Below, in pieces: positions 9,668-19,517 of a DNA stretch of 64,000 nt. This DNA is from a virus (Duplodnaviria > Caudoviricetes). Under the pieces are notes generated by a model. That model was not told the origin of the DNA, did not search any database, and worked only from the letters and a program-made list of their open reading frames with translations. The stretch lies in IMG/VR virus record IMGVR_UViG_3300027754_000037; one strand, 5' to 3'. The translations under genes and the position numbers were made by a program. Every line of letters begins with the position of its first letter. Position 1 is the stretch's first letter.

Positions 9668-10348
9668 TCATTTTTCTCCGTAAAATTTGATTGTTGCTTC
9701 ATGTTTTTTTGTAAGTTCTTTTGAACAAAACTCTATTCGTTCTCTAAAGCCTTGCATGTTTCTTTCTCTACTTAAACATGGTACATCATCGGCATACCCA
9801 AAGCCTCCATCATGACCGAGCAAAAAAATTTCTTTAAATCCATACAGAGTCAAAAAATGCAATCCCATGATTGCAGTATCTATAGTCAATAATTCATCGT
9901 TGTTGATTTTTTTTATTATCGCATTTGTTTCAAATTCATCTTGATCTTTTTCAAAAAAAATTATTTTTTCTTGGGGCAAATTTACAATCGAGGCCACAGC
10001 TACTGGCGGTGCGTCTAAACCATCATCAAACAAATAAGAAGGCATAACGAAATGTTCAATTCTATCCCAAGCTTCTGCGCTGTTCATTAATGCATTTTTA
10101 TCAAAAAAAAATGCAAAACGAATTGCGGTTTTGATTTTACAGCAAGCTTCGTTTACTGTTGCATAATTAACGAAACTTGAGAATTTGTGAATGGCGTTAA
10201 GGCTTGGACCTTTTGCTGCAAATAAGATTTTATTTTTGTGATTTATAAACTTCTCAAGATTTGTAGATTTTTCAGGAACTAGTTTATTTTTCGGCAGTTT
10301 AAGCCTACAGTTTTCCACAGCTTTGATATAAGAGTCATCCATTGACAT
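9668..10348 (-). CDS. DUF115/Maf-like (ulosonic-acid transferase-like) protein
   Basis: AAKGPSL, ATVNEA, A.MGLHFL..YGFKEIFLLGHDG pattern. Confidence 0.6.
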   Translation of the reverse strand: MSMDDSYIKAVENCRLKLPKNKLVPEKSTNLEKFINHKNKILFAAKGPSLNAIHKFSSFVNYATVNEACCKIKTAIRFAFFFDKNALMNSAEAWDRIEHFVMPSYLFDDGLDAPPVAVASIVNLPQEKIIFFEKDQDEFETNAIIKKINNDELLTIDTAIMGLHFLTLYGFKEIFLLGHDGGFGYADDVPCLSRERNMQGFRERIEFCSKELTKKHEATIKFYGEK

Positions 10349-11522
10349 GAGTCCTATTCAATATTCTTAGAAGTTTATTGTGGGAGCCCGTGTATACAAA
10401 ATTATTGCAGGTAAATTTAATTGGTTCAGCTATGGCTTTTATCAGTCTGTTTTTTTCTAATTCGTCCAATGGTGCGGTTGTAATAATGTTTATGAAATTT
10501 TTGTAACAAACAGCTTGTAAAGTAATTTCCGATTTTGATATTTCATCGTGCAATTCGATACTTGAAATTTTTTTCAAATTAAATGAAACTCTATTGCTCT
10601 CAAATTTAAAAGGTCTGTACCACTTTCCACATTCGCAAATTTGCCATTTATTCTCTATATGTCCTGTGTCATTGTTCCAATAATTTATAAAAGAGCTATT
10701 GAAGTTAAAATAATCTGTGCTTAGTATTTTGCCGTTTATAGTCTGGCTTTCAATGTAAGGCTCATATATGTGCATAGTTTTGCATCTACAGGTGTAAAAT
10801 CCAAATCCTCCGTCCCAACATCGCATGTGATCGCAAAAATAGTCAATTTGTTTATTTTCCACAAGAAGATTTACTTGTTTTTGTTCTGGAGCTTCACAAA
10901 TATTGCTCAATAGGTGACAGATTCTTACTGGTTCTTTTATTACATCCATAAAGATTGATACGAAAGAAAAAGAAGTTAAAAAAATATCAAATTCTTCATG
11001 TGTGAAAATGTTTTTTAGATATTGACAAAATTCTTGTGTTTGCTGTGGGTGATATTGAAAGGAGTGACATTCCGCATGGTCGCTTCCATGACTAAAAAAA
11101 TAATTGTTCCATCTTGGCTTGATAGACTTGTAATAAAAAATATTTTTATTCCAAGTAATTTTTTTGCAATTTTGTATATCTTTTATTCTACTTACCCTTA
11201 AAATCTTTAAAGGTTTTTGTAATAAATTAAATTCTTTCAAAATATGCCGATAGTGATGATTGATTTCTAAATTATAAAATATTTTTTTACTAACCAAATA
11301 TTGAAAAGGATAAGCCATGCTACCGCTGGTCTTAATTTGCTTGCCATTGCGAGCACTAGAGACTAAATTTTCTCTGGTGGAGAAATCTATATTATTCCAA
11401 TAATTTATGATGTTCTTGTTCAGTTTGTCTTTTGTTTCTAAAAGTAAATTTAAATTTTTTGCACAGTCAATCAGCTTGTGATTGAGGAATTGTTCTGCAA
11501 AATCTTTATTTGAAATTAACAT
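10335..11522 (-). CDS. CapK/PaaK-like ANL-family ligase
   Basis: KTSGS P-loop, STDYFN...FINYWNND.G...CECG; start at 11522 next to upstream stop. Confidence 0.65.
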   Translation of the reverse strand: MLISNKDFAEQFLNHKLIDCAKNLNLLLETKDKLNKNIINYWNNIDFSTRENLVSSARNGKQIKTSGSMAYPFQYLVSKKIFYNLEINHHYRHILKEFNLLQKPLKILRVSRIKDIQNCKKITWNKNIFYYKSIKPRWNNYFFSHGSDHAECHSFQYHPQQTQEFCQYLKNIFTHEEFDIFLTSFSFVSIFMDVIKEPVRICHLLSNICEAPEQKQVNLLVENKQIDYFCDHMRCWDGGFGFYTCRCKTMHIYEPYIESQTINGKILSTDYFNFNSSFINYWNNDTGHIENKWQICECGKWYRPFKFESNRVSFNLKKISSIELHDEISKSEITLQAVCYKNFINIITTAPLDELEKNRLIKAIAEPIKFTCNNFVYTGSHNKLLRILNRTHVNG

Positions 11523-11523
11523 T

Positions 11524-12078
11524 TTATCTTTGTGGATTCGGAATAAATTCTGGAGGTACGACCGGCGGTAAGATTCTAGGTATATCCTCGTATTTTTCAA
11601 CACCAATAATATCTCTAATTTCTTTTAATTTGATTCGTTTCAAATACAGCGGAACATATGATCTTCTGATGTCATCCATGAGATCATATAGGCGAATTCT
11701 CTGGTTTACAACTTGGTACATGTATTCAAATCTTTTTCTTTCCAAATAACTCATAAGATGATAGCCGCTACCTTGATTTCTAATCCAGTCACTTCCATGT
11801 TGCATCAATTGTATAAAAGGCACTTCTCTATTCGTCTCATCAAAATAACACACAAGAAAAGTCTCAGGTAAGTCTTTGTATATCACGAGAACTTCGTTCG
11901 CTTTTTTAATTTCTCTAAATAAACTTGCCAAACAGTAATGGCTTTTTGCCTGTTCCACAGTCAAAATACCTGCATTTTCTATTTCTTGATAAAAAAATTC
12001 CTTCATTGGCACCCAAGTTCTGTCTCCTATCCAGTTGAGCACCATCGATAAAAACATTTTGTAGAGGTAGTTCCTCAT
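11524..12078 (-). CDS. Hypothetical protein
   Basis: 184 aa ORF co-directional with the kdsB operon. Confidence 0.6.
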   Translation of the reverse strand: MRNYLYKMFLSMVLNWIGDRTWVPMKEFFYQEIENAGILTVEQAKSHYCLASLFREIKKANEVLVIYKDLPETFLVCYFDETNREVPFIQLMQHGSDWIRNQGSGYHLMSYLERKRFEYMYQVVNQRIRLYDLMDDIRRSYVPLYLKRIKLKEIRDIIGVEKYEDIPRILPPVVPPEFIPNPQR

Positions 12079-12144
12079 GCTTTTATATACTTTTTTTGAA
12101 AAATAAGCTCAACTAAATTTTTGATTTAAAGTGTAAATATTTCC

Positions 12145-13182
12145 ATGATGACCTATTCACATAGAATGAACCCTTATCTGAGAACTTATTTTGCAGAGGA
12201 TGTCAACACAGAACAGCCTCAACAGAATTCTCAACAGCCTCAACAGCCTCAACAAGCTACTGAAAAGCAGCCGGGTTTTTTCCAGTCCGCAATGCAAGGT
12301 TTTAAACAACAATACCAAGCTCAAAAGAATTTTTCTCCTGAAGAGATCAAAAATTACGAGGCTATGGCGGAAAAAATTAAGCCATCTATTGAAAAAGCAC
12401 AAGAGATTACACATCATATTGATCATTGGTTGCACAAACACGCTGTTGCTAAGCAAGTTGCAATTGCCTGCATCGCAGCAGGTTTGACAGGAGGTGCTGG
12501 TGCAATACCTCTAGCAGCGATCAATTACGCTATTATTAAGTTTGCAAGCAAAGCTGTTGATAAAGCTTTTGATGCAGGCCAAAAAGTCGCTGGACAAGTT
12601 GCACAGTTTAGTGCGCAGCAACAATTTCAACCAGAACATCTTTCTTTTGAAGCCTATTTTCAACAGAGAATGCTCTTGGATGAAAGTTTGTGGTCTGATG
12701 CTGGAAAAATCATGGGCCAAACAGCGGGTTATGTAGCTGGAAAAGCTGCCAAATGGAGCGGCGCTGCTATCAATATGTTTAAGACATTATTGACGGGTCT
12801 TAAAAATCAGGCAAGCAGCATCTTAAAATTTGCTTCGGAAAACAAGTTGGTTGTTGCCAAAGCCGCTATCCTGACCGGAATTTCAATACTTGTCGGTGCT
12901 GGGGTAGGTTCAGCATACAAAGCTTTAACTGATCAAAGTCTTGGCGTGCCGCTTGTAAAAGCAATTCTGGATGTTAAATTGGCAACCGCTGCTGAACTTA
13001 CGGAATTGGTTGGTTCGGAAATGATTTCGGCTGTAAAACATCTGCCACAGGAGCTTCAACATCTCACTCACGCAGCACATGCTTCTGGAGAATTTGCTTC
13101 TAATTTAGGCAAAAGCGGAGGAGCTCATGCTGGAGCTTGGGCTGGTACAGGAGCTTTATCCGGCGTTGCCCTAGGACATTAA
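12145..13182 (+). CDS. Putative virion (internal head/ejected) protein, Ala/Gly-rich with hydrophobic hairpins
   Basis: TAAATA at 12134; two similar halves each with a FxxYF..E-type motif. Confidence 0.6.
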   Translation: MMTYSHRMNPYLRTYFAEDVNTEQPQQNSQQPQQPQQATEKQPGFFQSAMQGFKQQYQAQKNFSPEEIKNYEAMAEKIKPSIEKAQEITHHIDHWLHKHAVAKQVAIACIAAGLTGGAGAIPLAAINYAIIKFASKAVDKAFDAGQKVAGQVAQFSAQQQFQPEHLSFEAYFQQRMLLDESLWSDAGKIMGQTAGYVAGKAAKWSGAAINMFKTLLTGLKNQASSILKFASENKLVVAKAAILTGISILVGAGVGSAYKALTDQSLGVPLVKAILDVKLATAAELTELVGSEMISAVKHLPQELQHLTHAAHASGEFASNLGKSGGAHAGAWAGTGALSGVALGH

Positions 13183-13262
13183 AATATATAAAATAAAAAA
13201 GATGTAAAATAACTCAATACGACTTGAATAAATAGTAAAAGAGTCTTATAATAGGAGATATT

Positions 13263-14066
13263 ATGTTTGGATTCAGTACCACCCCACTTGCTTGGCCCAC
13301 ATCTACCACAGGCTATTCCAAATATGTTGGCGGATTTGACGAACCGGATGACGGGTTTGCCCTTCATCCGATCATCATCCCCGAATTTGCTATGCAGGGC
13401 GATGTTTACACCACTCTGTACATCAATACTGACGGTTCCATCACATTCGATGCTGGAAATACTGCCCGTGAAGGACAGCCTTCTGAAAACACTCAAATCT
13501 GTGGCAACAGCGATGATCTTTACATTGATCCGGGTGAGATTACCTTGACTGATGCTACGCTCCACAATGCATACTATAAAGTCGGAAGCGGTTACGCTAA
13601 GATTTTGGTATTCCAAGGATACCTTGACGATCATGACAAAGTTGCTTCATACCTGATCAATATCTACCGTGACAGCACCTTCCAATGGGTTGAAACTCGT
13701 TTGAAAGTACAGAACAACAACGATCCAGATTCTGGCCCTTACAACGGTGGCGGTCCCGATGTATCTCAAGCCTCTTCTACAGTAAGCAAAGTGTGGCGTG
13801 GCGACCTAGAAGGCGACAACTGGGAATTCATGGGAGTTGGAAGCGTCTATGGTGCAACCGAAGTCATCAAGACCTGTTCAAACAATGGTTGCGGAGTTTT
13901 GACTGGTAAGATCTGCAAAATTGGAGCCAGTTCCTGCACCTGTGCTCAATGGAAATTCTACACAGCACAATGCACAAGAATCCAACAATCTCTGGGAATT
14001 TGTAGCGGCAACTCTGGCGCTTATGTCCCCGCAGTCACGGTTTGCAACCAAAGACTATTTTCTTAA
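13263..14066 (+). CDS. Hypothetical virion-surface protein, NIDO-like N-terminus and Cys-rich C-terminus
   Basis: GGAG RBS, TAAATA at 13229; YINTDGSITF motif; 7 Cys in last ~65 aa. Confidence 0.6.
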   Translation: MFGFSTTPLAWPTSTTGYSKYVGGFDEPDDGFALHPIIIPEFAMQGDVYTTLYINTDGSITFDAGNTAREGQPSENTQICGNSDDLYIDPGEITLTDATLHNAYYKVGSGYAKILVFQGYLDDHDKVASYLINIYRDSTFQWVETRLKVQNNNDPDSGPYNGGGPDVSQASSTVSKVWRGDLEGDNWEFMGVGSVYGATEVIKTCSNNGCGVLTGKICKIGASSCTCAQWKFYTAQCTRIQQSLGICSGNSGAYVPAVTVCNQRLFS

Positions 14067-14088
14067 CCTATAGCCAAGACTAACATGT

Positions 14089-14120
14089 TGAGTGGGGAAA
14101 TTAATTTCCCCACTCATTTT
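14089..14120. terminator. Hairpin between convergent genes (likely terminator)
   Basis: TGAGTGGGGAAAT / ATTTCCCCACTCA inverted repeat plus TTTT. Confidence 0.65.
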
Positions 14121-14177
14121 CATTGTTATATGGCTCACTACTCGAATCTTGGTCATACAACGGTCTAAGCCTGCTTC

Positions 14178-14747
14178 TCATCTCCACTTGGGACCGTCAA
14201 ACCAACCAGCAAGACTGTATCGCAGGCCTTTGGTTACCGGATTGGCCTTGTGTCGCAACATAGATGGGAAAAAGATAGCACTACCTTGAGCTTTGGTTCC
14301 AGAATCCAAAGGATTTGTAGCCTCGGTAATCTCGAAGTTACCGCCTTCATATGTCGCAGGATCACTCAACTGAACAATACAACTCATCTTCCTGTGAAAA
14401 AAAGGATCGTTGTTCATCCAGAATACATCATGATGCTCTTTATATTCTCCCTTGTAAGCAGCGTCATATTCTGCCAATTGAATGAAATCTAGCTTGCTCA
14501 AGTGGAAATTAAAATAGTCGTTGTTGGCTTGCATTGCCAGCTTCCACAAATTATCAAAAAGGAAAGCAAACCTTACATCGTCCTTGGGAATAAATCTGAC
14601 CTTGCTTCTTCTATAGACATTATCTACAGTTTCACCACCCGATCCCATGCGAGCATTTATGGGAGGCAAAGTCAACCCATCCTTAATGATTTTTTCACAA
14701 ACTTCTTTGCTAAAGCTTTGATAAAAATAACACCAATCGCCTTTCAT
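14178..14747 (-). CDS. 2OG-Fe(II) oxygenase (PKHD/prolyl-hydroxylase-like)
   Basis: HHD, RKMS...QLS, YEGG, FPS..H, RYSL..W..GPKWR. Confidence 0.9.
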   Translation of the reverse strand: MKGDWCYFYQSFSKEVCEKIIKDGLTLPPINARMGSGGETVDNVYRRSKVRFIPKDDVRFAFLFDNLWKLAMQANNDYFNFHLSKLDFIQLAEYDAAYKGEYKEHHDVFWMNNDPFFHRKMSCIVQLSDPATYEGGNFEITEATNPLDSGTKAQGSAIFFPSMLRHKANPVTKGLRYSLAGWFDGPKWR

Positions 14748-14762
14748 ATGAAACCTCCTCTT

Positions 14763-14948
14763 TTATGGGAGTATGGTTTCTATTTCTTTTTTGGTATTGA
14801 CGGCGATATTGTAGATTACAGAACTTTCATGTGAATCGCCAAATTGCGACTGGCTATATTCGACTATTTCTGAAATAGTTTTATGCAACAAATTTTTAAG
14901 CTGTTCTTCCACACTTGTAGGTTCGCCAGCCAACGAAAAATTTTCCAT
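14763..14948 (-). CDS. Hypothetical small protein
   Basis: 61 aa ORF co-directional with downstream oxygenase. Confidence 0.45.
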   Translation of the reverse strand: MENFSLAGEPTSVEEQLKNLLHKTISEIVEYSQSQFGDSHESSVIYNIAVNTKKEIETILP

Positions 14949-15033
14949 GAGGGCTTTTCCCTGCTTGATTTAAAAATCGATTTATCTTAACATTTTACGA
15001 TGTCCTAGCCAATAAAACAAACCGAGAGATGCC

Positions 15034-16161
15034 ATGAAGAACTGCCAAGCGAAATTTGTTTTTAACACGATGGTTTCTAATGAGGCTCATTGTATAACCA
15101 GAATGCTGGATTCAGTTTACAAATACATCGATTATTGGGTTATTCAAGACAATGGCAGCAAAGATGGAACCCAAGAAATAATTCAAAATTATTTTAAGGA
15201 AAAAAACATCCCCGGTTTTATTTATGAAATTCCTTGGAGCGGTTGTATGGGCTCTAATCGTGACCATACCGTGCAAACATGCCTCCAAACAGATCATGGC
15301 TGTGACTGGATTTTGAGAGTTGACGCAGACGAAGTGCTTGAGGTTGATGATGACTTTGATTGGGGAATTTTTGACGATACCAGCATCCAATCGTTTGATG
15401 TCCCTGCAATTTTAGGCATTAATCGGTTCTTCCGATGCTGGTTGTGGAACGCCCGACTTCCTTGGAAGTTCAAACACGACAAGCGCCATGAATGCGTCTA
15501 TCTAGACAAAGACAACATTGGGGAAGGCTTTCAAAGAGTTGCTCTGCCTTTTACTTTTCGACATAACTTGGTGTCCACCGGCAGGACATCCATGAACCCA
15601 TACAAGTATTACATGGATGCATTGGAAATCGAAAAGGAGTTGTTGGTTAATGACACCATGACTACCGATAGTTATCACCTTTACTACATCGCTAAGAGTT
15701 ACCATGATAATATTCCAAGCGATAAGCTGCCCTTTAAGGACGATCACAACGCAGAACTAGCCCGACGAGGCATTTTCTTTTTTAAGAAGTTTCTAGATGT
15801 AAAACATGATTTTTCAACCACCGGGACTCCTAAACACATTGATGAAATGGCTTACACGGCTTGTATGTGGTTGTCACATCTGTACAACATACTTGGTGAT
15901 ACTGCCAACAAGACCGATATCCTGTTGCGTTCTGAGCCTTTCTGCCCCGAAAGAAACGAACATCTGAAGAGATTGTCGTCTATTTATCGGGATTCGGGTC
16001 AGTACGCCAAAATGCTTGAAACTACTACCCGATGGAATTCGCCAGAAAGAGTTAATCCATTCCCAAGATTTGGCGTGTTTGTCGAAGTGGATTCCTATCA
16101 CGACACATCAGGCATGCCCCAGATGATGCACAAAGAGGCATGTGCCTTGAATGGTCAATGA
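15034..16161 (+). CDS. GT2-family glycosyltransferase with helical (TPR-like) C-terminus
   Basis: VIQDNGSKDGT, LRVDADE DxD, HE motif. Confidence 0.8.
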   Translation: MKNCQAKFVFNTMVSNEAHCITRMLDSVYKYIDYWVIQDNGSKDGTQEIIQNYFKEKNIPGFIYEIPWSGCMGSNRDHTVQTCLQTDHGCDWILRVDADEVLEVDDDFDWGIFDDTSIQSFDVPAILGINRFFRCWLWNARLPWKFKHDKRHECVYLDKDNIGEGFQRVALPFTFRHNLVSTGRTSMNPYKYYMDALEIEKELLVNDTMTTDSYHLYYIAKSYHDNIPSDKLPFKDDHNAELARRGIFFFKKFLDVKHDFSTTGTPKHIDEMAYTACMWLSHLYNILGDTANKTDILLRSEPFCPERNEHLKRLSSIYRDSGQYAKMLETTTRWNSPERVNPFPRFGVFVEVDSYHDTSGMPQMMHKEACALNGQ

Positions 16162-16234
16162 TCATTTATTCCAGACGATTTGGACAACGCTCTTAACAAA
16201 CTTTAAAGGTATTTTAGGGTTGTTAAGTTCCTCT

Positions 16235-16270
16235 TGTCGCTCGTTGGACTGCTCGGTCCAACGAGCGACA
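16235..16270. terminator. 15-bp perfect hairpin between convergent genes
   Basis: TGTCGCTCGTTGGAC-tgctcg-GTCCAACGAGCGACA. Confidence 0.5.
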
Positions 16271-16292
16271 TATGGTTCCAGTTGTTCGAGTT

Positions 16293-16790
16293 CTAGCCTT
16301 CCACATATCTTTGCATTTCTTCAATTAAATCTTCGACATTGTAGTTGATGTTTAGGTCAGGCTTTTCAATCCTTGCATGGGCGAAAACTTCTAAAGTTTT
16401 GTCAAAACTTGTGTCCAAGCACAAAAAAATCTTCTTGTTGCTAGAGATGTATTTGCCAAAATGCAGCAAATTCGTCTGACAAGTCTTTTCGCTGAAGTAA
16501 AAAACTATTGCATCGGCAGACCTCATGTGTGAATGCTCCCACATGATCTGCTTTTTTATTTCACCCTTAGTGTTGTCCAGTCTGGTTAATTTAGGACAAA
16601 TGAGCGTGAGGTTTTTCATGCTCATAGCCTTCATGAGCGTGTCGCCCTCGTTGTATCGAAAATGATCAATCACCTGTTGCTGCCAGTCCTGACCCCTTCC
16701 AGACAAATAAATTGCAAATTCCAACCTTCCTTGACGGCTGAACCAAGATTCACGGTCATTTTGATTGGAAAAGGCTTCGATCACTCTCAT
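16293..16790 (-). CDS. Nucleoside 2-deoxyribosyltransferase-like protein
   Basis: IYLSG....WQ..VI, WEHSHMRSADAIVFYF. Confidence 0.7.
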   Translation of the reverse strand: MRVIEAFSNQNDRESWFSRQGRLEFAIYLSGRGQDWQQQVIDHFRYNEGDTLMKAMSMKNLTLICPKLTRLDNTKGEIKKQIMWEHSHMRSADAIVFYFSEKTCQTNLLHFGKYISSNKKIFLCLDTSFDKTLEVFAHARIEKPDLNINYNVEDLIEEMQRYVEG

Positions 16791-17116
16791 GGCTCATCCT
16801 CTATGTGAAGATCAATAAATTCAATGAACTCGGCAGTAGCCATATTCAAAACAAGTATGCGCATGGCAGGGAAAGTTAATTTAGCATTTTCCAACTGATT
16901 AGACAAGTCTTGAAGGTCTTTCAAGATAAGGTCGTGCTCGATGTAGCCTATAGGCTCTGTAAGAGTTTTTTCTGTGACATAGTCGTGAAAATCATATCTG
17001 TTGTCAAAGTCATAGCAGTTGCAGAATCTCTGATTTTTAGTGTATTGCAACCTGTAAAAATATCGCTTGTCGCTGTAATACTCGAAAAAATAATTTGGAA
17101 TTATGTAATGCATCAC
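16787..17116 (-). CDS. Hypothetical protein
   Basis: ATGA-coupled on both sides. Confidence 0.6.
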   Translation of the reverse strand: MMHYIIPNYFFEYYSDKRYFYRLQYTKNQRFCNCYDFDNRYDFHDYVTEKTLTEPIGYIEHDLILKDLQDLSNQLENAKLTFPAMRILVLNMATAEFIEFIDLHIEDEP

Positions 17117-18138
17117 AAGATGTTTTGCGACAAAACATGCAACATGTTGGAGATATCGTTATAAACCACTTCTTTTTCCTTGCGAATTATCATGCGGTAC
17201 TTTACTTGATCTTCGTCGAGAAATCCTGCCATGTAATTGTTGATGTCTTGTGACACTTGCTCTCTAATAGCCTTATAGTCATAGCTTCCGTTGATTGAAC
17301 TAAACTTGCGTTTACCAATCGGGACATCCACATCACTTGAAGCCGTGCCCTCATCTCCTGAAATTACGATGCAACCACAAGCAGCCATTTCTCTTGGAAT
17401 GCGGTCTCTACCGGGGTGATGTCCAAAATCAATATAAACTTTTGATTTAAGCGCAAGCTGCCTTATCTCTTCTCGACTGAAATTCTCCAACTTGATTACA
17501 ATGCAGTTCATCTCTTCGTATTTTTCAATTATTTTATAGCTGTGAATCAAACCTTTGGCACCATTGTAAAGGATGATGTTGTTTCTTTTATGCAAATTGA
17601 CAAAAAGATCGTAATCTGATTGAAGATAAATTTCATGAGTGTAATCACGCAACATGAAGACGGTACGGGGATCAATCTTACTGCTGTTCACCAAAAAGTC
17701 ATATGCGTATTGAGATTGGCAGGCATGATACATTTTAGGGAGGTTTGGATGATCAAGATTGACGGGTCTGTCGTCGCCCATGCATTCCCAATCTTGCCAC
17801 GGAATTACCCCAAGCCAAAACAAAACCTTCTTGGATTTATAGGGGTCGATGCCTCTTGCCTTGACACATGAATAGATATCTTTATCGCATGGATACCAAT
17901 TAGGTCCCCAGTTAGCGGGGAGGAGGTGAACTTGGTCGGGCTCATCTTCAAGTTCTTCTCTATGTAGAAAGTTTTTAACCCCATAAATTTGATTCCATAG
18001 AGGCACAACTCTGTCGTGTCCCGCTTGTGAATAAATCATGTAGGCATCCTCGCCCAATTCAGTTAACCCAGCGGAAATTTGATGAATCGATTGTTGTCCT
18101 CCAGCATTTCCATAGCCCGAATGCAATAAAAACTTCAT
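17113..18138 (-). CDS. GT-B-fold glycosyltransferase-like protein, paralogue 1
   Basis: KVYIDFGHHPGRDRIPREMAACGC; homologous to 18479 and 28121 ORFs. Confidence 0.75.
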   Translation of the reverse strand: MKFLLHSGYGNAGGQQSIHQISAGLTELGEDAYMIYSQAGHDRVVPLWNQIYGVKNFLHREELEDEPDQVHLLPANWGPNWYPCDKDIYSCVKARGIDPYKSKKVLFWLGVIPWQDWECMGDDRPVNLDHPNLPKMYHACQSQYAYDFLVNSSKIDPRTVFMLRDYTHEIYLQSDYDLFVNLHKRNNIILYNGAKGLIHSYKIIEKYEEMNCIVIKLENFSREEIRQLALKSKVYIDFGHHPGRDRIPREMAACGCIVISGDEGTASSDVDVPIGKRKFSSINGSYDYKAIREQVSQDINNYMAGFLDEDQVKYRMIIRKEKEVVYNDISNMLHVLSQNIL

Positions 18139-18140
18139 TT

Positions 18141-18437
18141 TTATTCCTGCTTACAATTTGAAAGAACTATGTCATAAGTGAGTTCAAAAATTTCAAACTT
18201 GCAAGAATAAATTTCACCTGCAATTCCACAAATAATCCAATCAGACAAACCGCTGAACATAGTTCCTTCGAGAGTTCGCAAATAGATTCCATCCTCGTCA
18301 ACTTGCACATCTCCCTTGTGAATGCTAGAAAGCAACCAAGTTGGTAATTCGCTATCGTTTTTGCGTGCATCCAACACATCGGATGTTTTAATTGCTTGAA
18401 TGGTCACCGGCTTTTTGCGTGCATAGACTACTTTCAC
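18141..18437 (-). CDS. Conserved phage protein (RKKPV...TLEG...DWII.G..GE.Y.CK family)
   Basis: Recognisable motif set of a widespread small phage family. Confidence 0.75.
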   Translation of the reverse strand: MKVVYARKKPVTIQAIKTSDVLDARKNDSELPTWLLSSIHKGDVQVDEDGIYLRTLEGTMFSGLSDWIICGIAGEIYSCKFEIFELTYDIVLSNCKQE

Positions 18438-18478
18438 GAAAATTCTCCAAATTCTATTGTGGTTTACTCAATCATTAT

Positions 18479-19516
18479 ATGCGATTCAAATTTCATTGTA
18501 CTCGCCATTATTCTGGCGGGCCAGATTGCTTGCATCAATTGGCCGGGGCTGTGAAGAGGCGTGGATACTACTCTGCCATCGTATATCCTCCATTTCAAAT
18601 TGATGGCGTTCTGCCATATTACAAAGAAATTTACGACATTCACGCTGTTGAAACAAGAGATGAAAATATCGATGACCCAGACACAGTACAAGTTTTTCCG
18701 GCGGGATGGGGTCCAGATTATTGGCCTATGAGTCAAGACGCACCTTTTTGCGTAAAACCTTCAGGCAACAACCCATTCAAATCAACCAAAATTATGTATT
18801 GGCTTGGTTTTACAGAGTGGCAATTGTGGCAAAATGCAGGATATGACTGCCCTGTAGACTTACATCATCCCCACTTGCAGAAAATGTACCACGCTTGTCA
18901 GTCGCAATTTATTTACGACTATCTCATAGGCAGCAACTTGATAAATTCTGAACAAATATTTTTTGTCAGAGAACATACAGTTGATGCATTCCTCCACAAT
19001 GAAGAAGACATCCAGAAAAGTCTACCTCACAGAAAAAACATAGTTTTGTATAATCCTGCTAAGGGTCCGCAAAATGCAAATATTTTAATTGATGTATGTA
19101 AAGACATCGATTGTGAATTCATTCCCATTCAAAAAATGAGTCACCAAGAAATTTCAGAATTGGGCATGAAATCAAAAGTTTATATTGATTTTGGGCCTTT
19201 TCCCGGCAGAGAAAAGATACACAGAGAAATGGCTATCTGCGGTTGTACAATTATTACGGGATCTGATGGCTGCTCCAACAATCCAATAGATGTGCCTAGT
19301 GGTTCAAGAAAATTTGCCAGAATCGGGGGACACTATGATTGGATCGCCGTTAAAAAACAAATTATTTGGGATTTGGAAAATCACACCGCAGCCCTTGATG
19401 ATCTGCATATGCGTTACTACAGGCAATCGGTGCGAGAGGAAAAACAGCGTTTTGAAAACGATGTAGATGTCATGATAGATGCACTTAAAAATTATGGAAA
19501 TCTTTGTGGTAGTTGA
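18479..19516 (+). CDS. GT-B-fold glycosyltransferase-like protein, paralogue 2
   Basis: MRFKFH start matches paralogues; KVYIDFGPFPGREKIHREMAICGC. Confidence 0.75.
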   Translation: MRFKFHCTRHYSGGPDCLHQLAGAVKRRGYYSAIVYPPFQIDGVLPYYKEIYDIHAVETRDENIDDPDTVQVFPAGWGPDYWPMSQDAPFCVKPSGNNPFKSTKIMYWLGFTEWQLWQNAGYDCPVDLHHPHLQKMYHACQSQFIYDYLIGSNLINSEQIFFVREHTVDAFLHNEEDIQKSLPHRKNIVLYNPAKGPQNANILIDVCKDIDCEFIPIQKMSHQEISELGMKSKVYIDFGPFPGREKIHREMAICGCTIITGSDGCSNNPIDVPSGSRKFARIGGHYDWIAVKKQIIWDLENHTAALDDLHMRYYRQSVREEKQRFENDVDVMIDALKNYGNLCGS

Positions 19517-19517
19517 T

